This document shows positions 56,657-64,000 of a stretch of 64,000 nucleotides of DNA, piece after piece. Within the stretch, counting starts at the first letter, position 1; each line of letters starts with the position of its first letter. The notes under the pieces are model-generated. The model saw only the letters and a program-made list of their open reading frames with translations. It was not told where the DNA came from and ran no database searches. Made by a program: the position numbers and the translations under genes. The DNA comes from PVC group bacterium (lineage in GTDB: Bacteria; Auribacterota; Erginobacteria; Erginobacterales; Erginobacteraceae): NCBI GenBank assembly GCA_040773245.1, contig JAXGWO010000012.1, forward strand, positions 5,292 to 69,291, in the 5' to 3' direction.

Positions 56657-57199
56657 ATGAAAAGAATTATCGGGATCGCGGTCATCGCCGCGGTTCTCCT
56701 CCTCCCGGCCGTGGGCCGGGGCGAGTTCGGGATCGGCGGCGGGGTCTTCTACAACCGCCAGCTGGGCGATATCAAGGACCGCGACGACTGGGATTTCGAC
56801 AAGAACTTCGTCTCCTATATGGTGACCCTGAAGTATCAGCTGGCCAACTTCCTCGGCCTGGAGGGGAGCGTCGATTACTACAACGGCAGCGGGACGATCG
56901 ACTACACCCTGCGGCCGATGGGGACGGCGGTGGTGAGCATCCCCATCCCCGGACTCGACCTCTTCAACGGCGGCGTGGGGATCAACTCCACCTACACCAA
57001 GTACAAGGAGGTCGGCGGGGGTTCGACCGACGACTGGTCCAAGCTCGCCTACCACTTCAAGGCCGGGATCCAGATCCCGATCGCCGATCTGCTCTGGGTC
57101 TGCGGGGACTGTTACTACTTCGTCGACGATCTCAAGGACATCGAGGACTTTGACTCCGATCTCCTGACCTTCGGCGCCCGGGCGATGCTCCGGTTCTGA
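56657..57199 (+). CDS. Small outer-membrane beta-barrel protein (OmpA/PorT-like)
   Basis: Signal peptide, about 8 amphipathic strands, C-terminal Phe. Confidence 0.7.
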   Translation: MKRIIGIAVIAAVLLLPAVGRGEFGIGGGVFYNRQLGDIKDRDDWDFDKNFVSYMVTLKYQLANFLGLEGSVDYYNGSGTIDYTLRPMGTAVVSIPIPGLDLFNGGVGINSTYTKYKEVGGGSTDDWSKLAYHFKAGIQIPIADLLWVCGDCYYFVDDLKDIEDFDSDLLTFGARAMLRF

Positions 57200-57301
57200 C
57201 CGTATCGCGGAGAATAGATCAACTATAGCACAGGCCGGCATCCCGCCGGCACAACTCAACTCGGTCGGCGCCGCCGGCGCGGGCTGGAAAAGGAGGGGAA
57301 A

Positions 57302-57442
57302 ATGGAAGGTTATTGCGTCAAGTGCAAGGCGAAGAAGGAAATCAAGAACGGCAAGGAAGTCACGATGAAGAACGGCCGCAAGGCCTTCAAGGGCGTCTGC
57401 CCGGTCTGCGGCACCGGGATGTTCCGGATCCTGGGCAAGTAA
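57302..57442 (+). CDS. Small Lys-rich zinc-ribbon protein (DUF5679-like), 46 aa
   Basis: MEGYCVKCKAKKEIKNGKEVTMKNGRKAFKGVCPVCGTGMFRILGK; AGGAGG RBS; below the ORF-track size cutoff. Confidence 0.85.
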   Translation: MEGYCVKCKAKKEIKNGKEVTMKNGRKAFKGVCPVCGTGMFRILGK

Positions 57443-57524
57443 CGCCTTGAACGTCCTTTTGCCGGGCGGTATCCGTTGACCCGGCTGCGGCGGGTCCCCC
57501 CGCGGGGCCCGCTCCGGGTGGTTT

Positions 57525-57560
57525 GTAGCCAGCAGGATAGTTCTCTATCCTGCTGGTTGC
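57525..57560. repeat. GTAG-initiated long hairpin (REP-like / terminator)
   Basis: GTAGCCAGCAGGATAG-TTCT-CTATCCTGCTGGTTGC. Confidence 0.6.
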
Positions 57561-57597
57561 TATGGGGCAGGGTTGTCACCCCAACCAGGAGAGATCG

Positions 57598-58773
57598 ATG
57601 GCGGTAGAATTGGCGGCAGTCTGGATCAACCCCTACACGCTGGAGAAGTCCCGGACCGGCGGGGTGATCGCCCGTCTCCTCTCCCTGACCAGCGGGAAGC
57701 TGGTGGCGGTTCGGATGTTCGCTCCCAGCCGGGAGCTGGTCGAGGAGTACGGCGAACTGATCACCCCCCGGGGCTCCCGGGAGTCGAGGGTCGTCAGGGA
57801 GCAGATCCGGCGCTACATCCGGACCCGCTGGGTCCCCCGTCCCGGCAGCCGCGAGAGGCCGCGGGTGATGATGCTCCTCTTCCAGGGGAACAACATCATC
57901 AGTTCGCTGCGCCGGAACGTGGTCGGCCCGATCTGGAAGGAGTCGGTCTCCGGGATGACCGTCCGGGACACCTACGGGGACTACGTCAAGAACGAGCGGG
58001 GCGAGATCACCTACTTCGAGCCCGCCGTCCTGGTCATCCCCGAGCGGTCCGAGGCCGAGGCCACCCTCAAGCTCTGGGCCCGCTACTCCGACCGCGACGG
58101 CGGCCTGCTCTACGGATCCTGCCACTACCCCCCCGGGGTGAAGCCGGAGAACACCTTGGTGATGATGAAGCCGGAGAACTTCCGGGGGCAGTCGAGCGTG
58201 GCCGGCAACGTGATGGACATCATCTCCCGGACGGGGCTGCGGATCATCGGGGCCAACCTGGTCCGGATGTCGATCGAGCAGGCCGAGGAGTTCTACGGAC
58301 CGGTGGCCGAGGCCCTCCCGGAGCGGATGAAGGGCCGGGTGGCCGAGGTGCTCCGGTACTGCCTGAAGACCTCCTTCGACTTCCCGATCCCCGATGAGAC
58401 CTACGACCGGATCGCCGACCTCCTCAAGGACCTCCGGGCCCGCCAGGAGTTCAACGCCATCATCCGGACGATGACCGGCCTCGACGCGGAAGCGGTCACC
58501 CGGGCCGGGGACCGCCGGGCCCCCGGAAAGGAGAAGTGCCTGGCCCTGATCTACCAGGGCGACCGGGCGGTCTCGAGGATCCGCGAGGTCCTGGGGGCAA
58601 CCGACCCGACCAAGGCCGGCTGGGCCACCGTCCGGAGGATCTACGGCCACAGCATCAACCAGAACGTCGCCCACGCCTCCGACTCCCCCGCCAACGTGAA
58701 GCGGGAGATGAAGATCATCCGGATGGAGGAGAACCGCCTGAAAAAGATCATCACGGAGTTCTATCGCCAATGA
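57598..58773 (+). CDS. Nucleoside-diphosphate kinase, large two-domain form
   Basis: ENTLVMMKPE, EEFY, IREVLGATDP, TVRRIYG, NVAHASDS in the C-terminal domain; degenerate NDK-like N-terminal domain. Confidence 0.85.
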   Translation: MAVELAAVWINPYTLEKSRTGGVIARLLSLTSGKLVAVRMFAPSRELVEEYGELITPRGSRESRVVREQIRRYIRTRWVPRPGSRERPRVMMLLFQGNNIISSLRRNVVGPIWKESVSGMTVRDTYGDYVKNERGEITYFEPAVLVIPERSEAEATLKLWARYSDRDGGLLYGSCHYPPGVKPENTLVMMKPENFRGQSSVAGNVMDIISRTGLRIIGANLVRMSIEQAEEFYGPVAEALPERMKGRVAEVLRYCLKTSFDFPIPDETYDRIADLLKDLRARQEFNAIIRTMTGLDAEAVTRAGDRRAPGKEKCLALIYQGDRAVSRIREVLGATDPTKAGWATVRRIYGHSINQNVAHASDSPANVKREMKIIRMEENRLKKIITEFYRQ

Positions 58774-59948
58774 AAGTATCACCGAAACTCTCCCAAATCA
58801 GCCCCTCCCTGACCCTGGAGGTGACCAGCAAGGCCAAGGCCTTGAAGAAGCAGGGCGTGGACGTGGTCAGCTTCGGCGCCGGCGAGCCCGACTTCGACAC
58901 CCCGGAACATATCCGGGAAGCGGCCAAGACCGCCATCGACACCGGCAAGACCCGCTACACCCCGGCCCGGGGGATGGCCGAGCTGATCGAGGCGGTCCGG
59001 GAGAAGTTCCAGCGGGACAACCGCCTCGAATACTCCGCCGCCTCGATCGTCGTCTCCTGCGGGGCCAAGCACTCCCTCTACAACGCCTTCCAGGCGATCT
59101 GTTCCGAGGGCGACGAGGTGATCATCCCCGCCCCCTACTGGGTCACCTACCCCGAGCAGGTCCGGCTGGCCGGTGCGAAGCCGGTCTATCTGGAGACCGC
59201 CGAGTCCCGCGGTTACGGGATCGACCGGGAGAAGCTCGAATCCCTGGTCACCCCCCGGACGAAGGCGATGATCGTCTCCAGCCCGGCCAACCCCACCGGA
59301 GCGGCCTACGGGAGAGAGGACCTGGAGTTCATCGCCGAGCTGGCCTGCCGCCGCGGCTTCTGCCTGGTCAGCGACGAGATCTACGAGAAGCTGGTCTTCG
59401 ACGGCTTCGAGGCCGTCAGCCCGGCCTCCCTCTCCCCGGAGGTGAAGGAGCGGACGATCGTCATCAACGGCCCCTCCAAGACCTACGCGATGACCGGCTG
59501 GCGGATCGGCTACCTGGCCGCGCCGGAGAACGTGGCCAAGGCGATCGCCTCCTTCCAATCCCACTCCACCTCCAACCCGGCCACCCCGGCCCAGTACGCC
59601 GCCCTGGCCGCCCTGAACGGCGACCAGTCCTGCGTCGAGGAGATGCGGAAGGCCTTCGAGCAGCGGCGGAACCTGATGGTCGAGCGGCTGAACCGGATCC
59701 CCGGGATCACCGCCACCGTGCCGAAGGGGACTTTCTACGTCTTCCCCAACATCTCCGCCCTCGGCCGGCCTTCCCTGGAGCTGGCCTCCGAACTGCTGGA
59801 GAAGGCCCGGATCGCCGTTGTCCCCGGCATCGCCTTCGGCGCCGACACCAACATTCGCCTCTCCTTCGCCGACTCGGCGGAGAACCTGACCAAAGGCCTC
59901 GACCGCCTCGAGGAATACGTCAAAAAGGGGTCAGGCATTGAATATTGA
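58770..59948 (+). CDS. aspC: Class I/II PLP aminotransferase (aspartate aminotransferase-like)
   Basis: GAGEPDFDTP, GAKHSL, PYWVTY, SPANPTG, SDEIYE, SKTYAMTGWRIG. Confidence 0.9.
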   Translation: MKVSPKLSQISPSLTLEVTSKAKALKKQGVDVVSFGAGEPDFDTPEHIREAAKTAIDTGKTRYTPARGMAELIEAVREKFQRDNRLEYSAASIVVSCGAKHSLYNAFQAICSEGDEVIIPAPYWVTYPEQVRLAGAKPVYLETAESRGYGIDREKLESLVTPRTKAMIVSSPANPTGAAYGREDLEFIAELACRRGFCLVSDEIYEKLVFDGFEAVSPASLSPEVKERTIVINGPSKTYAMTGWRIGYLAAPENVAKAIASFQSHSTSNPATPAQYAALAALNGDQSCVEEMRKAFEQRRNLMVERLNRIPGITATVPKGTFYVFPNISALGRPSLELASELLEKARIAVVPGIAFGADTNIRLSFADSAENLTKGLDRLEEYVKKGSGIEY

Positions 59949-60019
59949 CATTTTCTCGACCACACCAGGTGCCGGATCAGAAATTGCAGTATTGGAATAA
60001 ATTCAGCAGGTCCGACCCC
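59927..60019. repeat. Short GGGGTC...GACCCC-bounded element (MITE/REP-like)
   Basis: GGGGTCAGGCATTGAATATTGACATT ... GGTCCGACCCC; AT-richer interior containing the aspC stop. Confidence 0.45.
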
Positions 60020-60025
60020 AACTTG

Positions 60026-61954
60026 ATGCTCACCATCGCCGAAAAGATCATCCGCTCCCACCTCGTCTCCGGCGAGATGACCCCGGGGGCCGAGATCGCC
60101 ATCAAGGTCGACCAGACCCTGACCCAGGACGCCACCGGGACCCTGGCTTACCTCGAGTTCGAGTCCCTGAACATCCCCCGGGTCAAGACCGAGCTCTCGG
60201 TCAGCTACGTCGATCACAACACCCTCCAGACCGGCTTCGAGAACGCCGACGACCACCTCTTCCTCCAGACCTTTGCCGCCAAGTACGGGATTTACTTCTC
60301 CCGTCCCGGCAACGGCATCTGCCACCAGGTCCACCTCGAGCGTTTCGGCCGGCCCGGCGCGGTGCTGCTGGGCTCCGACAGCCACACCCCGACCGGGGGC
60401 GGCCTGGGGATGCTGGCGATCGGGGTCGGCGGGCTGGAGATCGCCGCCGCCCTCTCCGGCCGCCCCTTCTCCCTGGTGATGCCGGAGATCTTCCTCGTCC
60501 GCCTCGAGAACCGCCTTCCCGCCTGGGTCTCGGCCAAGGACGTGATCCTGAAAGTCCTTTCCGAGATCGGGGTCAAGGGAGGCGTGGAAAAGATATTGGA
60601 GTACGGCGGGAAGGGCGTGGCGACGCTCACCGTCCCCGAGCGGGCGACGATCACCAATATGGGGGCCGAGACCGGGGCCACCACCTCGATCTTCCCCTCC
60701 GACGACCTGACCAGGGATTTCCTCGCTCGCCAGGAGAGGGGAGGGGACTGGCGGGAGCTCTCCGCCGACCCGGGCGCGAAATACGCCGGCGAGCTGGCCA
60801 TCGACCTCGCCTCCCTCGAACCCCTGGCCGCCTGCCCCCACTCCCCCGACGCGGTCCGGAAGGTCGCGGAGCTGGCCGGGACCCCCGTCCGCCAGGTCTG
60901 CATCGGCTCCTGCACCAACTCCTCCCTGGCCGACCTGATGACCGCCGCCGCGATCCTGAAAGGGAAGACCGTCCACCCCGCCGTCAGCCTGGTCATCTCC
61001 CCCGGCTCCCGCCAGGTGATGGAGATGATGGCCGCCAACGGCTCGCTCGCCGACCTGATTGCCGCCGGCGGCCGGATCCTCGAGTCCGCCTGCGGCCCCT
61101 GCATCGGGATGGGCCAGGCGCCCTCCTCGGGGGCGGTGAGCCTCCGCACCTACAACCGGAACTTCAAGGGGCGCTCCGGCACCGCCGACGCTCAGGTTTA
61201 CCTGGTCTCCCCTCAGACCGCCGCCGCCTCCGCCCTGAAAGGGGAGATCGCCGACCCCCGCGAGATCGGAAAGCCCCCGAAGATCGAGCTCCCCCTCCGC
61301 TTCGCCGTCGACGACTCCCTGGTCATCCCCCCCTCCGAAAACCCGGAAGAGGTCGAGGTGATCAAGGGCCCCAATATCACCGCCATCCCGACCGGCGAGC
61401 CGCTCCCGGAGGAGATGGCCGCCTCGGTCTGGCTGGAGGTGGGGGATAACGTCACCACCGACGACATTATGCCCGCCGGGGCGAAGATCCTGCCCTTGCG
61501 CTCCAACATCGCCAAGATCTCGCAGTACGTCTTCTCCGCCCTCGACCCCGGCTTCGTTCAGAGAACCGATTACGAGCGCCGTCTCGACCGCCGGGGGGTG
61601 ATCGTCGGCGGGGAAAACTACGGCCAGGGTTCCTCCCGGGAGCACGCCGCGCTGGCCCCTTACTACCTCGGGGTCCGGGCGGTGATCGCCCGTTCCTTCG
61701 CCCGGATCCACCGTTCCAACCTGATCAACTTCGGGATCCTCCCCCTCACCCCGGGGGAGGAGGATCTCTCCGGCCGGCTCCAGGCCAAAGACGAGCTGAT
61801 CTTCTCCCGCCTCCGGAAGGAAGTGGAGGGGGGTTCCCCGATCACGCTGAAAAACCTCACCCGCGGCCTCGAACTGAAACTCGCCCTCGATGTCTCCCCC
61901 CGCGAGCGCGAACTCCTCCTCGCCGGCGGCCTCCTCCGCTCCCTGTCGCGCTGA
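60026..61954 (+). CDS. Aconitate hydratase (compact, aconitase/homoaconitase family)
   Basis: TQDATG, DHN, GICHQ, GSDSHT, IGSCTN, ACGPCIG, NRNF, GSSREHAA. Confidence 0.93.
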   Translation: MLTIAEKIIRSHLVSGEMTPGAEIAIKVDQTLTQDATGTLAYLEFESLNIPRVKTELSVSYVDHNTLQTGFENADDHLFLQTFAAKYGIYFSRPGNGICHQVHLERFGRPGAVLLGSDSHTPTGGGLGMLAIGVGGLEIAAALSGRPFSLVMPEIFLVRLENRLPAWVSAKDVILKVLSEIGVKGGVEKILEYGGKGVATLTVPERATITNMGAETGATTSIFPSDDLTRDFLARQERGGDWRELSADPGAKYAGELAIDLASLEPLAACPHSPDAVRKVAELAGTPVRQVCIGSCTNSSLADLMTAAAILKGKTVHPAVSLVISPGSRQVMEMMAANGSLADLIAAGGRILESACGPCIGMGQAPSSGAVSLRTYNRNFKGRSGTADAQVYLVSPQTAAASALKGEIADPREIGKPPKIELPLRFAVDDSLVIPPSENPEEVEVIKGPNITAIPTGEPLPEEMAASVWLEVGDNVTTDDIMPAGAKILPLRSNIAKISQYVFSALDPGFVQRTDYERRLDRRGVIVGGENYGQGSSREHAALAPYYLGVRAVIARSFARIHRSNLINFGILPLTPGEEDLSGRLQAKDELIFSRLRKEVEGGSPITLKNLTRGLELKLALDVSPRERELLLAGGLLRSLSR

Positions 61955-62154
61955 ACCTTCCCCGCCCGGAGCGTAGTACGACCTTCCGCTCCGAACTCGT
62001 CCTTCGCCCCCGTCTCTCCCCTGTCTCTCCGCTTGTCATCTCCAGCGGAGATTGATATTCTAAAACCGAATCCACCTTATCCCGTGGAGTTAAAAGTCTC
62101 CAGCTCCCGCGCCGGTACAACACGCTAAAATTTTTCCGAAGGAAAAATTTTACA

Positions 62155-63021
62155 ATGGACGGCTTCTGGTTCGCCCTTGCCCTCACCGCCTTCGCCGGGC
62201 TCTCCACCGGGTTCGGCTCGGCGATCGCCTTCTTCGCCAAAAGGACCAACTACCGCTTCCTCTCCGTCGCCACCGGTTTCTCCGCCGGGGTGATGCTCTA
62301 TGTCTCCTTCGTCGAGATCTTCGCCAAGGGGGCCGACGCGATGGTCGAGTGCCTGGGCGGCTTCTGGGGCCACTGGGCTAACGCCGCCTCCTTCTTCGGC
62401 GGGATCCTTCTGATCGCGGTGATCGACTACCTGGTCCCGGAGGCCGAGAACCCCCACGAGACCCACTCCGAAGCCGAGCTGGCCCCGCTCCATAACCCCG
62501 ATCTCTCCCCCGCCGCCGTCGCCGCGGCCGCCCGGAGCGGGCCCCACCACCACAAGCTGCTCCGGATGGGCCTCTTCACCGCCCTGGCCATCGGGATCCA
62601 CAACTTCCCCGAGGGGGTGGTCACCTTCCTCGCCGCACTCCAGGACCCCACCCTGGGGATCGCCATCGCCGTCGCCATCGCCCTCCATAACATCCCGGAA
62701 GGGATCTCGGTCTCGGTCCCCATCTTCTATGCCACCGGGTCACGGAGGAAAGCCTTCTTCTATTCCCTCCTTAGCGGGCTGGCCGAGCCGGTGGGGGCGC
62801 TGATCGCCTACTTCCTGATCTTCCTCTTCGCCGGCGGTCAAGCGGGCATCCCCCCCGGGGTGATGGGCGCGCTCTTCGGGGGCGTGGCCGGGATTATGGT
62901 CTACATCAGCCTCGACGAACTCCTCCCCGCCAGCCGGGCCTACGGCCAGGGTCACGACAGCCTGATCGGGCTGCTGGCGGGGATGGTGGTGATGGCCCTC
63001 AGCCTCCTGCTGATGAAGTAG
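62155..63021 (+). CDS. zupT: ZIP family zinc transporter
   Basis: [39 protein letters not shown]. Confidence 0.93.
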   Translation: MDGFWFALALTAFAGLSTGFGSAIAFFAKRTNYRFLSVATGFSAGVMLYVSFVEIFAKGADAMVECLGGFWGHWANAASFFGGILLIAVIDYLVPEAENPHETHSEAELAPLHNPDLSPAAVAAAARSGPHHHKLLRMGLFTALAIGIHNFPEGVVTFLAALQDPTLGIAIAVAIALHNIPEGISVSVPIFYATGSRRKAFFYSLLSGLAEPVGALIAYFLIFLFAGGQAGIPPGVMGALFGGVAGIMVYISLDELLPASRAYGQGHDSLIGLLAGMVVMALSLLLMK

Positions 63022-63040
63022 CGGAAGGGTTCGCCGCCCG

Positions 63041-64000
63041 ATGCAAGAGTTCGCCTCAGCGCTCCAGGGATCGAAGGAGTTCGCCCTCTTCCTCTCCCTC
63101 TGGGACTCCGGGCGCGACGGGACCCTCGCCCCCGCCCCCGGCTCCTCACCGGGTTTTGTCGTCGCCCGGTCCGCCGCCCTCTCCCCCCGGCCCTACCTGG
63201 CGGTCGCCCCGTCCGAGCGGGAGGCCGAGCGCCTGAGCCGTGAGCTCGAGGGCTATACCGGCCAAACTTCGCTCCTCTTCCCCGCCTCCGCCGGCGGTGG
63301 GGACCCCCTGGTCGAGGCCGAGCGGCGCTCCATCCTCGCCCGCCTGGCGGCGGCGGGGGAGGGGATCCCACCCCTGGTCGCCTCCCCGGCCTCCCTGGCC
63401 GCCGATCTTCCCCTGCCTGAATCCTTCCTCTCCGCGCTGATCCGCCTTGCCCCCGGCGATGCCGGCGACCCCGTCCGCCTGGCCGGGAAGCTGGTCAAGC
63501 TCGGCTACGAGTACGGGGACCCGGTGCTGGAGCGGGGGAACTTCGCCCGCCGGGGCGGGATCCTCGACCTCTTCCCCTTCGAGGGGGGCTACCCCCTGAG
63601 AGTCGAGTTCGACGGGGCGGTGATCGAATCCCTCCGCCGCTTCGACCCCCTGACCCAGCGTTCGGTCGATCGGGTCGAGTCCGTCGAACTCCACCCCCTG
63701 ACCGGCGCCGGCACGGCCTCGCTCCTCGACTACCTCCCCGCCGGCTGCCGGATCGTCCTCGCCGGACGCTTCCCGCCCGGTGAGGCGGGGTGGGGGAGGG
63801 GGACTTTCCCCCGCCTCTTCTTCTTCCCCGACACCCTCGATCTCCCGGCCGAGAAAGGCGCCTCCGCGCTCCGCTTCTCGCTCCACACCCTGGAGCGCTA
63901 CAAGTACCGGGCCGACTCCGGACCCTACCCGCTGCTCGCCACCGTCGGCGAGCTCCTCGAGGACGGCTTCCGGGTCCTCCTCTTCGCCCACAACCCCGGC
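63041..64000 (+). CDS. mfd: Transcription-repair coupling factor, N-terminal part (runs off the window)
   Basis: Open frame from ATG 63041 with LVKLGY...GNFARRGGILDLFP...RVEFDG..IESLRRFDPLTQRS (UvrB-homology module); absent from the ORF track because it has no stop in the window. Confidence 0.85.
   Translation, partial: MQEFASALQGSKEFALFLSLWDSGRDGTLAPAPGSSPGFVVARSAALSPRPYLAVAPSEREAERLSRELEGYTGQTSLLFPASAGGGDPLVEAERRSILARLAAAGEGIPPLVASPASLAADLPLPESFLSALIRLAPGDAGDPVRLAGKLVKLGYEYGDPVLERGNFARRGGILDLFPFEGGYPLRVEFDGAVIESLRRFDPLTQRSVDRVESVELHPLTGAGTASLLDYLPAGCRIVLAGRFPPGEAGWGRGTFPRLFFFPDTLDLPAEKGASALRFSLHTLERYKYRADSGPYPLLATVGELLEDGFRVLLFAHNPG

Noticed and set aside
56510-57259. Apparent 250-aa N-terminal extension of the GT-C/TPR ORF
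   Set aside because: It is the antisense of the outer-membrane protein gene at 56657-57199; the real start is near 56509
57460-57524. GC-rich hairpins as a possible structured ncRNA
   Set aside because: No SRP, 6S, tmRNA or riboswitch motif recognised; consistent with terminator/REP structure

Overview
GC-rich bacterial chromosomal window with about 60 CDS, 2 tRNAs and no rRNA or CRISPR. The gene content (W/Mo oxidoreductases, HydE, outer-membrane proteins) points to an anaerobic diderm; a PVC-like lineage is only a guess. Left to right: wecB, aroA, an SGNH hydrolase with a membrane protein, a Tat-Rieske protein, serA/serC, a stand-alone secretin-like domain, a xanthine-dehydrogenase-family trio, two tungsten AOR-family genes with ferredoxins and three MoaD/ThiS proteins (a YefM/YoeB pair sits inside this cluster), a thioredoxin/redox operon, galE and malQ. 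Next is an ~11 kb block between tRNA-Phe and tRNA-Val holding an integrase remnant, two acetate-kinase paralogs, a FolE2-like gene, thiM-thiE-hydE, pstSCAB, a porin and an Rrf2 regulator. The rest carries a PAS protein, GH13/GH57 glucan enzymes, deoC, GT-C glycosyltransferases, YgeY, YbbN, MATE, a two-domain NDK, an aminotransferase, aconitase, zupT and the start of mfd. The best candidate for an undescribed system is the AT-richer three-gene module at 30264-33367. It encodes an acetate kinase with the motif signature of the pyrophosphate-dependent Entamoeba enzyme, a catalytically eroded acetate-kinase paralog and a FolE2-like T-fold protein lacking its metal ligands. Intergenic DNA also carries many short 6-9 bp tandem-repeat arms and GTAG palindromes, often overlapping stop codons. 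All family calls come from motif recognition by eye; no searches were run.
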